DNA of 17,496 nucleotides. Origin: Candidatus Binatia bacterium (lineage in GTDB: Bacteria > Desulfobacterota > Binatia > Bin18). The position numbers were made by a program, and so were the translations under genes. Below, piece by piece: positions 8,103-16,303 of this stretch (position 1 is its first letter; the number at the start of each line of letters is the position of its first letter). The notes beneath the pieces are model-generated. The model was not told the DNA's origin and ran no database searches. It worked only from the letters and a program-made list of their open reading frames with translations. The stretch spans positions 1-17,496 of the forward strand of contig CAXXIS010000007.1 of the NCBI GenBank assembly GCA_963664395.2, read 5' to 3'.

Positions 8103-8987
8103 TCAACGTAGATCGTTGGGGAGGCTGCGCTGAGTAAAACCCACTACCATCCCAAAGGCTTGCTCCGGCCCGAGGATGATGGTGTCTGCGCCGTCCGGTT
8201 CGGGCTGGAGTTGCTTGCCTCTCAGAAAATCCTGGGCTTGGCCAAGGTCTGCGGTCTTAAATACCAGGGAATAAATGCCCTCGCCGTTTTGCTCCAACTC
8301 ACGGCCTTCCGGGCTGGTCGCAGCAAGAGGTTGGACCAGTTCCACGACCGTATCTTCACCAACGGCGACAAAGGCACTCTGCTTGCGGCCCTCGGTGTGC
8401 TCCTCGTGGAGCAGGCTCCCGCCCAGAATGTCGCAATACAGCCGCTTGGCCGCGGACAGGTCCCGAACAACTACGCCGATGTGCGAGGCGCGCTGGATGC
8501 CGAGCGGATGCTGGCGCCAGGGGTCGCTTGACCAACCCGGTTCCAGCCGCGGGTCGGCTATGTAATCGCCGGACAGGGCAAACTCCAGTTGGCCGGGTGT
8601 CTGTCTCGGATGCGTCCAAATGGCCGCCGTGTCGTACGGCGGCTTCACCTCTTTGCCGACAAGATTATAGAGCCGCAGGCCAGCCGTATCGAGCCGGGCG
8701 GAGATGGCCGCAACATCGTCCACATACCAGGCAATGGAGTGGAAGTGCTGTCCGAAACGGTCGTGAAATCTTTTCACCGACGGATTCCTGAGGTTCTCCA
8801 CGCGGGCGGGCATCATCGGCTCCATGATGACGTCGCCGATGGCAATCAGGGAGGCATTACGACCGGCCAACTCTTCATAGCCGTTATAGAAGCGCGTGAC
8901 GGAGAACACGTCGTCATACCACCGGTCAACGGCTTCGAGGTCGTCCACAACGTGGGTGAGATGAAACAGCTTGCCTATGGTGAACAT
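8103..8987 (-). CDS. VOC (glyoxalase / methylmalonyl-CoA epimerase-like) family protein with two tandem domains
   Basis: Repeated modules: HLTHVVDDLEA...FHSIAWYVDD and SHIGVVVRDLSAA...VELVQP...GEGIYSLVFKT. Strong SD AAGGAGG. Confidence 0.9.
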   Translation of the reverse strand: MFTIGKLFHLTHVVDDLEAVDRWYDDVFSVTRFYNGYEELAGRNASLIAIGDVIMEPMMPARVENLRNPSVKRFHDRFGQHFHSIAWYVDDVAAISARLDTAGLRLYNLVGKEVKPPYDTAAIWTHPRQTPGQLEFALSGDYIADPRLEPGWSSDPWRQHPLGIQRASHIGVVVRDLSAAKRLYCDILGGSLLHEEHTEGRKQSAFVAVGEDTVVELVQPLAATSPEGRELEQNGEGIYSLVFKTADLGQAQDFLRGKQLQPEPDGADTIILGPEQAFGMVVGFTQRSLPNDLR

Positions 8988-9595
8988 GGGTGCCTCCTTT
9001 CAGCGAGACCCCCCACCCGTTGGGCAAACGGGGCAAATCCGTTGGGGCAGCGGGCTTTAAGTTTTTCCATATCAGTTCTTTCTGCTATCGCCGCATACAT
9101 TGCCCTTAGACTCGGTTGTGAGTGAGCAGCATCTCTCAAATTTTTACATTTACTCTTGGGATCACCTTCAGATTCGGGATTTGGTGGGAGATCAATGCGC
9201 GTCTCCAACGCCTCTGATAAGGCTTGCTCATCGGCAAGCATCCAGGCATCAAAAGTCTTGATTGCCACGCCGAGCGCTCGCGGGAGTGACAATCGGAGAT
9301 CGTCCTGGGCTCGGTCGAATTGCTGTTTCCTCTCCTCGTCGCCATCTTGATCAATAACGAGAATGATTGCGTCATAGCCCTCACGTTCGGCCAGACGAAT
9401 CCAGCCCAGAGCACGTTTCTTATAGCGTCCGCCTCTCCCTGGCTGGGCGTGCTGTCGGACTTCCCGGCTACTCACTTTTTTCCGCTCAAAGCTCACGTTT
9501 CCATCGAGCAGCCTGGACGCCAGCATCACGAGAGCACCGTCAAGACTGTTGTCACCTAGTTCGTGTACTCCTTCGGAGACAATGAGAATTCTCAT
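8975..9595 (-). CDS. DUF4276/RloB-like TOPRIM-fold putative nuclease
   Basis: N-terminal ILIVSEG (TOPRIM Glu), LVIDQDGD (DxD), FDAWMLAD, NPE..DPK and C-terminal CPNGFAPF. Start overlaps the ATPase stop by 4 nt (9592-9595). Confidence 0.7.
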   Translation of the reverse strand: MRILIVSEGVHELGDNSLDGALVMLASRLLDGNVSFERKKVSSREVRQHAQPGRGGRYKKRALGWIRLAEREGYDAIILVIDQDGDEERKQQFDRAQDDLRLSLPRALGVAIKTFDAWMLADEQALSEALETRIDLPPNPESEGDPKSKCKNLRDAAHSQPSLRAMYAAIAERTDMEKLKARCPNGFAPFAQRVGGLAERRHPCSP

Positions 9596-10773
9596 TTATC
9601 GGCTGCCACACGGGGAGAAGAGGTTTCGGCCAGAGCTTCATCACCTTCGGCTGTCCAGATCTCACCTAACGTGAACACGTCAATTTGTTCTTTGACAGTT
9701 CGGCTCTCGGAGAGCTGATGGACTACGACCGACCCATCTTTTTCCTTATGACATAGAGAGACCTCGTCGGGTTGGAACTGGTCAACAACATAAGGGGAAT
9801 GTGTGGTGAGAAGAATTTGCGTATGTCCTTGCTCAGTGATCAGTTCGCCAAGAATTTGAAGCACCTCCTGTAAACGTTTAGGGTGAATGCCATTTTCGGG
9901 TTCTTCGATAAGGAGAACGCGGGGTGGGTGGGGTAAATACAAGATAGTGAGGTAGGCCAAAACCAAGAGCATCCCATCGGAGACCTGAGCGGCTGGAAGC
10001 TCTTGTTTGTTTTTTTTTAATCTGAAGTAGAGTCCTTTTCCGTCAGCTTGCTCAAGTATAGGAATCTGTTCCGGATCGTCTATTGGTCCGGTAAATGCCT
10101 GTTCCCGAATGAGCAGAATGGAATCAACCTCTGGAAAAATCCGCTTAAAATGGTTCTCCAGATTCTCGAATTGTCGTCTGTCATAACCAAGAATGTCGTC
10201 CAGGCAGAGTGCTAATCCAAAGCCGGTCGATTCCATCCGAAACCGGCGTTTAGATTGTGCGGCAACAGGCAGGGAGAGCAGTCTTGGCACCCAGCGGTAC
10301 AAATGAACTCCGGAGAGAGCCCCATGAAGCTCGCGTGCAGCAGAGCGTTGTCCATCAGACACCTTCTCATCTCGTTCAGTGATGCGATATATCGCGGTCA
10401 TATCGAGTGGGAGGGTAGGCAAAGCAACCGACTTGTCAAACGTCAAAGCCTCTTCTATGACTTCGACATCTCGGCGCTTCGTCAGGAATCGACACGCGAT
10501 CCGGTATTTCCAGTTCTTCTCCTCGACCTTCCCTTCTGCTTCAAGAGCAACTAGCCGATCAATATCTCCTTTCCAGACCAAATCGGATCCTTGCCAGGAC
10601 CCAACAAATGCTTGTGGGAGTTTATGATCCACACTCCGACATAAAGAGGCGAGGGCTTCCAGAATGCTCGTCTTGCCAGAGTCGTTCGGCCCAATCAGGA
10701 CATGCATGGGCGTCAGGTCCAGCGTCACATCGCGCAGGGCCTTGTAGTTTTGGACCCGAAGACGGGTGATCAT
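9592..10773 (-). CDS. ABC/SMC-like AAA family ATPase (AAA_15/AAA_21 type)
   Basis: MITRLRVQNYKAL, Walker A GPNDSGKT, signature VSDGM, Walker B/D-loop LLIEEPENGIHP and H-loop TTHSP. No TM segments. Confidence 0.92.
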   Translation of the reverse strand: MITRLRVQNYKALRDVTLDLTPMHVLIGPNDSGKTSILEALASLCRSVDHKLPQAFVGSWQGSDLVWKGDIDRLVALEAEGKVEEKNWKYRIACRFLTKRRDVEVIEEALTFDKSVALPTLPLDMTAIYRITERDEKVSDGQRSAARELHGALSGVHLYRWVPRLLSLPVAAQSKRRFRMESTGFGLALCLDDILGYDRRQFENLENHFKRIFPEVDSILLIREQAFTGPIDDPEQIPILEQADGKGLYFRLKKNKQELPAAQVSDGMLLVLAYLTILYLPHPPRVLLIEEPENGIHPKRLQEVLQILGELITEQGHTQILLTTHSPYVVDQFQPDEVSLCHKEKDGSVVVHQLSESRTVKEQIDVFTLGEIWTAEGDEALAETSSPRVAADK

Positions 10774-10835
10774 TTTCCGCTCCCTAGTCTGGATTAGCCG
10801 CCTCTAGGATAACATGAGGCCGCGCGCCGATTTGC

Positions 10836-11294
10836 TCAGTCGTTGTTGGCCCAGCTCTCTTCGTAGTTCGTGCTCATGCGGCCACGCGCGCGGAGGTGCT
10901 GTATCTTCCACTCTCCGTTCACTTTGACGTAATCGTCTTCATAGCGCGCCGCCAGCCACTTGGCCTGATTGTTCTTGTAGAACGTGAACGGTCCAAAGAA
11001 GTACCAGACGCCCGTGGCCCGCTCGCCGTCAATTTTGATGATCGGGTTCATCACCTGGTGCTGGGAGAAGCTGATCAGCGTCTGGAATTTTTTGAACAGC
11101 TCGCGAATGGCCGCATGGCCCTGGGCCTTGCCGAAACCGGCACCTTCCCAGATACCATCTTGGGCAAAAATCGTGGTGATGCGCTCCGGGTTGTGATCGT
11201 CATCGCAAATATCGCAGTAGGTCGCCTTGAGTTGCTTGATGGCCTCAAGGTCCTCAATACGGGTTAATCGCTGTTCGAGTACAGCTACATCCAT
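10836..11294 (-). CDS. NTF2/SnoaL-like family protein (BaiE/LinA-like)
   Basis: LEAIKQLKATYCDICD, IFAQDGIWE, SQHQVMNPIIKIDGERATGVW and YEDDYVKVNGEWKI. SD GGAAGGAG. Confidence 0.9.
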   Translation of the reverse strand: MDVAVLEQRLTRIEDLEAIKQLKATYCDICDDDHNPERITTIFAQDGIWEGAGFGKAQGHAAIRELFKKFQTLISFSQHQVMNPIIKIDGERATGVWYFFGPFTFYKNNQAKWLAARYEDDYVKVNGEWKIQHLRARGRMSTNYEESWANND

Positions 11295-11321
11295 TGTCTT
11301 TCTCCTTCCCGTGTTTCAGAC

Positions 11322-13025
11322 TCAGTTCTCACCAGCCCGTAGCACCCGCCCCGGCAGGCCGCCGACATGTTCTCCCTCTTCGTACAGCACGTGTCCGTTG
11401 ACAATCGTGTATATAATACCTTCCGACTGCGTCACGAGCCGACGCCCGCCACCGGGTAAATCATGACGTACTTCCGGGCGTTCCGGAGAGCGAACGGTGG
11501 TCAGGTCAAAAATTGTGATGTCAGCCGCCATTCCGGGCTGCAGCAGGCCACGCCGGGGAAGACCAAAATACTGCGCCGGCTCGGAGGTGATACGCTTCAC
11601 CGCATGTTCCAGCGTAATCGCCTGTTTGTCGCGCACGAACGTGCCTAACAGATAGGTTGGATAGCCCGCGTTACACAGCATGTCGACGTGCGCACCACCG
11701 TCAGAGATACCAATCAGCGTGCGTGGGTCGCTGAACTTCTTTGCTACCCGTTCCTCATTGATATCGAGCCGCGGCAGCATGTAGTCGAGTTGGAGCCCGT
11801 CTTCAAGCGAGAGATCAAAGAAGGCGTCGAGTGGCGCCACGCCACGAGCATGGGCTATCTGTGCGATCGTTTTCCACTCAAGCGCCTTGAGGGCGGGCTG
11901 CGTCGCTTCCTTCACCTGAGTATTCTTCCAGATGTCACGCAAAAGCGGGCGGTGTTCCAGGTCAACAGCAAACGCGCGGCGAAACTCCGCGTCCGCATAG
12001 GTCCGCTTTTGATCTGCGAGCGAGGCATCACCAAATACCGGTTTCATCGAGCGCATACTGGCGAACAAGAACGGGTTGCGCAAATTAAACTCAACCGTCA
12101 GTGGCCGTACCGCAACTTGCGGGCGACAACCGCGGGCGAGCAGCGGCGCAACCTGGTCCAGGGTATCAGTCCACGCTTCGGGTGCGTCATCCCGGTCGCG
12201 CAGATTGAGCCAGGTGACGGGCCGTCCGCTCTCCGTTGCGAGCAGCTCAAGCAGCGCGTATTCTTTTTCGGAAACCGTGCTCGGCTGTTTCGTCAGCGCG
12301 ATTTCAATTGTGCCCCGACCCCGTTGTCCGAGCAGCCTGGAATAGGCCCGCAATTCAGCCTGACTGGCCAAACGGCAGGCCAGCGGTTTCGCTTTGTAGC
12401 CGATATGCTGTGGCAGGACCGTGAGAGAGAAGCCCAGGGCGCCGGCGTCAAGCGCCTCGCCCAGCAGCGCGCTGATCTTGCCTGTTTCAACCTGTGTGGC
12501 CTCACGCTCCATAGCGTCGTCCCCCATGACGAACTGACGGAACGGAGACAGGGCGGCCAGGAATCCGACGTTGATACCAATCCCACGCCGAGCGGCCGCG
12601 TCCATATACTGCGGGAAACTTTCCCAGTCCCACGGCAGGCCCTGACTGAGGACCTCGTAGGGAATGGCCTCAACGTGGACAAGGTTCGAGGTCGCAATAT
12701 CGCGCTCCTCGGGCTTGCAGGGGGCCAGTCCGACACCGCAATTGCCCATGATCACGCTGGTCACGCCATGCCAGGATGAACAGGTGACGAGCGGGTCCCA
12801 ACAGATTTGGGCGTCGTAGTGGGTATGCGGATCAATAAAGCCCGGCGCAACAATGAGATCTGAAGCGTCGATTACGCGCGCGGCCCCAGCCGTGATCCTG
12901 TCCGAGCCTTTGCCTATCTCGACGATACGACCAGCGTGGACTGCCAGGTCGGCACGAAAAGCGGGTTTCCCGCTCCCATCAACGACTGTTCCATTTTTTA
13001 TCAGTAGATCGTATACCATTGCCAT
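11322..13025 (-). CDS. N-acyl-D-amino-acid deacylase family amidohydrolase
   Basis: DLLIKNGTVVDGSG, APGFIDPHTHYD (metal-binding HxH), GVTSVIMGNCG, SDGGAH and RGLLQPGMAADITIFD. Confidence 0.93.
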   Translation of the reverse strand: MAMVYDLLIKNGTVVDGSGKPAFRADLAVHAGRIVEIGKGSDRITAGAARVIDASDLIVAPGFIDPHTHYDAQICWDPLVTCSSWHGVTSVIMGNCGVGLAPCKPEERDIATSNLVHVEAIPYEVLSQGLPWDWESFPQYMDAAARRGIGINVGFLAALSPFRQFVMGDDAMEREATQVETGKISALLGEALDAGALGFSLTVLPQHIGYKAKPLACRLASQAELRAYSRLLGQRGRGTIEIALTKQPSTVSEKEYALLELLATESGRPVTWLNLRDRDDAPEAWTDTLDQVAPLLARGCRPQVAVRPLTVEFNLRNPFLFASMRSMKPVFGDASLADQKRTYADAEFRRAFAVDLEHRPLLRDIWKNTQVKEATQPALKALEWKTIAQIAHARGVAPLDAFFDLSLEDGLQLDYMLPRLDINEERVAKKFSDPRTLIGISDGGAHVDMLCNAGYPTYLLGTFVRDKQAITLEHAVKRITSEPAQYFGLPRRGLLQPGMAADITIFDLTTVRSPERPEVRHDLPGGGRRLVTQSEGIIYTIVNGHVLYEEGEHVGGLPGRVLRAGEN

Positions 13026-13057
13026 TGCCCCCTTTTCTTTTGGCTCTGCCCGGTACT

Positions 13058-14848
13058 TTAATACTCACTGCCTGTGGCAAGAGAGAGTGCAGGTCTTTCC
13101 CCGAGCTGCCCGATGTGCCATTCGCGCGAGAGGTCCTGGGCACGCACCATGCGCGCGTAGTAACCGTCATGGACCAGCAGACTCTCGTGCGTGCCCTGCT
13201 CCGCAATACGTCCGTTGGCGAGAACAACGATGAGATCCGCGTCGCGGATGGTGCTGAGACGATGGGCTATTGCCACGGTGGTGCGCTGCGCGGTGAGCCG
13301 CGAAATCGCTTCTTGGATCAGATGTTCGGTTTCGGTGTCCACCGAAGAGGTCGCCTCATCAAGGATCAAAATCGGGGCGTCTTTGAGCAGTGCCCGCGCA
13401 ATGGACACGCGTTGCTTTTGCCCGGCGGATAATCGGACCCCGCGTTCCCCAATGAGGGTGTCATAGCCCTGGGGCAAGTCGCGGATGAATTCCTCCGCAT
13501 TGGCCGCCCGAGCCGCGGCGTGCAGCTCGGCCTCCGAGGCGTCCGGTCGGCCAAAGAGGAGATTCTGGCGGACGCTGCCGTGGAAGAGAAAGACATCCTG
13601 CAGCACCATGGCAATATTGCCGCGCAGAAAGTCGAGCTCCAAAGACCGCACGTTGTGTCCGCCAACGCGGACAGAGCCGTGTTGTGGGTCGTAAAAGCGG
13701 GGGATGAGGTTGGTTGCCGTCGTTTTTCCCGCACCAGTCGTGCCAACCAACGCGACCATAGTCCCCGCGGCGACGGTGATGTTGATGGCGCTGAGGACGG
13801 GCCGGGCCGGCTGATAGCCAAAGGTGACGTCTCGGAGCTCCACGTCCCACGTCATCCGGGCTGGCCGCACGCCGTGTGGTGGGCTGACAATATCGGGCTG
13901 GAGGTCGAGCAGCTCAAACACACGCTCCGAGCTGACCGCGGCTTTTTGGAGCGTGTCGTTGATATTGGCGAGTTGCAAGAAGGGTTGATAAATCTGGGTC
14001 AGATACACAATAAATACGAACAAATCAGCCGCACTCACACGACCGCCGAGCGCCATGGCACCACCCAGCAGCGCGATCAGCACCACCCCGACTCCGCTGG
14101 TGACTTCGATCACGCCGACCGGCACGAACGACAGGGTACTGGCCCGCAGCATATCGTCCCGCAGCCGTTTGCTGCGATTTTCGATCGCGTACGCCTGGAG
14201 CTTTTCCTGAACAAACGACTTGATCACCGTCACACCGGACAGGTTATCCTGGACCTGCGCGGTGAGGTCTTCGAGGCGCTGCCGTACCGGGCGCCACTCG
14301 GTACGGACTTTTGAAACCGAGCGAAAGACTACCCAACTGGCTACCGGCAGCGGCAGGAGGGCAACCAGGGCGAGTTGCCAGTTCAGATAGAACAGGACGC
14401 AGATCATGGCCGTCGGCAGAACAAAAGCGTTGATCGCTTCCGGAATCCCATGAGCGATAAAATCTTCGATGGCCTCAATGTCGTTGATCGAGCGGGCGAT
14501 CAACCCTCCGGTGCGTTGCGTATGGAAAAAGCTGTGGGGCAGACTCTGCAGATGGGTATACACTCGGACCATGAGGCTGTGCAGGACATCGAAAGACACC
14601 TCGTGGGAGAAACGGCCATAGCCATACCGAAACAGCCCCCGCCCGATATACACCACCAGCAGCAGCCCGCTAATGCCGATTAAGGCCGGCAGCGTTCCGC
14701 CCCCTTCGGTGATCCACTGGATAATCCGGCGGATGAGCAGGGGCGGCACCAGACCGGTGCCGGCAAAGAGGAGACCGCAAGCGACCGCCATCATCATTTT
14801 CTTTTGGCTTCCGCGCAACAATTGCAGCAGACTCAGCAGGGTGGGCAT
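13058..14848 (-). CDS. ABC transporter, fused permease/ATP-binding protein (MsbA/Sav1866-like exporter)
   Basis: N-terminal TM helices, Walker A GTTGAGKT, signature LSAGQKQR, ILILDEATSSVD and AHRLST. Start MPTLL at 14848 follows the SD AAGGAGG. Confidence 0.95.
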   Translation of the reverse strand: MPTLLSLLQLLRGSQKKMMMAVACGLLFAGTGLVPPLLIRRIIQWITEGGGTLPALIGISGLLLVVYIGRGLFRYGYGRFSHEVSFDVLHSLMVRVYTHLQSLPHSFFHTQRTGGLIARSINDIEAIEDFIAHGIPEAINAFVLPTAMICVLFYLNWQLALVALLPLPVASWVVFRSVSKVRTEWRPVRQRLEDLTAQVQDNLSGVTVIKSFVQEKLQAYAIENRSKRLRDDMLRASTLSFVPVGVIEVTSGVGVVLIALLGGAMALGGRVSAADLFVFIVYLTQIYQPFLQLANINDTLQKAAVSSERVFELLDLQPDIVSPPHGVRPARMTWDVELRDVTFGYQPARPVLSAINITVAAGTMVALVGTTGAGKTTATNLIPRFYDPQHGSVRVGGHNVRSLELDFLRGNIAMVLQDVFLFHGSVRQNLLFGRPDASEAELHAAARAANAEEFIRDLPQGYDTLIGERGVRLSAGQKQRVSIARALLKDAPILILDEATSSVDTETEHLIQEAISRLTAQRTTVAIAHRLSTIRDADLIVVLANGRIAEQGTHESLLVHDGYYARMVRAQDLSREWHIGQLGERPALSLATGSEY

Positions 14849-14856
14849 ACGCCTCC

Positions 14857-15087
14857 TTATGCGTCCAAATGGTATATTCTGGCGGTATTGCCGCCCACAA
14901 TCCTGGCTCGCTCCTCCTCGCTGCACTCACTCAGAATCTCGTCAAGAATCTGCTGTGACCGGGGAAAGGTATATTCGGGGTGGGGGTAGTTACGATTCCA
15001 GGTTGTGAGTGTGGTCCCACCGTTTACCAGCATGCGGACCAGGGCGGAGCCCATTAGCCCACAACCAATGACGCTGATCTCGCTCAT
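14857..15087 (-). pseudogene. Chimeric remnant: NAD(P)-binding dehydrogenase N-terminus fused to an amidohydrolase C-terminus
   Basis: MSEISVIGCGLMGSALVRMLVNGGTTLTTWNR (GxGxxG...WNR, beta-hydroxyacid dehydrogenase / imine reductase start) is joined directly to NYPHPEYTFPRSQ...EERARIVGGNTARIYHL (amidohydrolase_2 tail). Only 76 aa in total. Confidence 0.78.
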
Positions 15088-15254
15088 AGCCCCCTCCTCT
15101 CCATCACCTACCATATTCTCTTCTCCAGAGAGAATAGGCGTAGGGAGAACTATTTCGACTACAATTTAACGAATCCGCCTATGGATTAAGAGGATGATGA
15201 AAATCCAAGCGAGACTGGATCACGGAATCGCGGGGTACTGCCAGACGATTCCTC

Positions 15255-15785
15255 TCACGCCGCGATCTTCCATTGAGAGCTTCTCGGGCGTTTTTCAAAA
15301 AGAAGTCGGGCAGTCTTACGTGATGCTTTCTTTTCCGAAGTCTTAGCCAGCGTTAGGAGTACTTCTTTAACGGATTCGTCCTGAGAGGCTTTATGTGCAA
15401 TCACTCGTGTGAGCTTGTCTGCTGCCGCTCCAAGGACGTAAGTTGCTCCGGTTCGCTGAACCTTCCTGTTCTCAACCCGAGAGAGATGTTCGGGACTTAC
15501 GCCTAAAATCCGGGCAAAATCCTTTGCCGGCAACTCTACGTATTTGCGCAAAAACCTGACTTCAGCTCCAGTGAGCAGATCGATCTTCCGGATAAGGACT
15601 TTTGCAATTACATCATCCAATTGTTCTACTTTCGGGATTTCAACGAGTTCTTCTCCGCACTGACATGCATAGAGTGTCACCCCAACCAAAAACACATTGT
15701 CCAACCCACTCTCGACGTACTGATACGGCTGCTCAATGGTCGTCTTCTGACCCTTCAAATCCCTGTCGCAGCCAGGGCACCGCAT
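15255..15785 (-). CDS. MqsA-like antitoxin (Zn-ribbon + XRE HTH)
   Basis: CPGC...YQYVESGLDNVFL...CQCGE Zn ribbon; LTGAEVRFLRK...AKDFARILGVSPEHLSRVEN HTH. SD GGAGG. Confidence 0.85.
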   Translation of the reverse strand: MRCPGCDRDLKGQKTTIEQPYQYVESGLDNVFLVGVTLYACQCGEELVEIPKVEQLDDVIAKVLIRKIDLLTGAEVRFLRKYVELPAKDFARILGVSPEHLSRVENRKVQRTGATYVLGAAADKLTRVIAHKASQDESVKEVLLTLAKTSEKKASRKTARLLFEKRPRSSQWKIAA

Positions 15786-15794
15786 AAAACCTCC

Positions 15795-16097
15795 TTAGCG
15801 AATCACAGTTATGAGAATTAACTTGCCGTTAATCTCAACTACGCAGGACATAGACTCTCCATCAATTGTTGATCCTTGCACTTTGTAGCGCCACAGGCGA
15901 GACGGCTTACTATGTTCAATGACTCGACCATATTTCAGACAATGTCGAATATCGCGCCGACTGAGTTTTCGTTGCGCCATACGTTGTCTGGCATGGCCCG
16001 TCAACACAATCCCAACGTCTCGCTCAAGCTGTCGAATCCGTTCAATCGCCCGGCGGGGAGATAAGGGACGGTCTGGAAGGCGGTCGATCTCGCTCAT
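15795..16097 (-). CDS. DUF4258-family putative toxin (RelE-like fold)
   Basis: LTGHARQRMAQRKLSRRDIRHCLKYGRVIE...WRYKVQG...LILITV; basic 100-aa protein ending 9 nt upstream of the antitoxin gene. Confidence 0.82.
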   Translation of the reverse strand: MSEIDRLPDRPLSPRRAIERIRQLERDVGIVLTGHARQRMAQRKLSRRDIRHCLKYGRVIEHSKPSRLWRYKVQGSTIDGESMSCVVEINGKLILITVIR

Positions 16098-16184
16098 AGC
16101 TACACCTCATCATCATATTCCGACATTCCATATCGTCGCTCCTTTCTCCTGCATTCGTTCCCCCCTAGTCATCGAGGACTAGAG

Positions 16185-16218
16185 TTGATTATTTATCAAT
16201 TTTAGAGAATTCTGTCAA
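16185..16218 (-). promoter_or_regulatory. Putative sigma70 promoter and overlapping operator of the TA operon
   Basis: Minus-strand TTGACA (16218-16213) followed by AT-rich TGATAAATAAT in the -10 zone. The palindrome TTGAT-N5-ATCAA (16185-16199) covers that zone. Confidence 0.5.
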
Positions 16219-16303
16219 ACGACCTCTATTTTCGGTATTAGACGAAATAGGCCGTTATTTTCAGAATGGGCAGTGAGGCCGTTGAAATGCCAAGGAGGGT
16301 TCG

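Noticed and set aside
10384-10395. 12-bp perfect palindrome GCGATATATCGC
   Set aside because: Single occurrence inside the ATPase coding sequence; compatible with chance.
11688-14683. Long plus-strand ORFs 11688..12779 and 13520..14314
   Set aside because: Antisense to well-supported amidohydrolase and ABC genes; a typical high-GC codon artefact.
14849-14926. N-terminal extension of the ABC transporter to 14926
   Set aside because: It overlaps the amidohydrolase-tail remnant, and a canonical AAGGAGG SD precedes ATG 14848 instead.
15114-15136. Inverted repeat TATTCTCT/AGAGAATA upstream of the chimeric ORF
   Set aside because: It could be an operator, but the arms are low-complexity CT/AG, single-copy and have no identifiable regulator; too weak to call.
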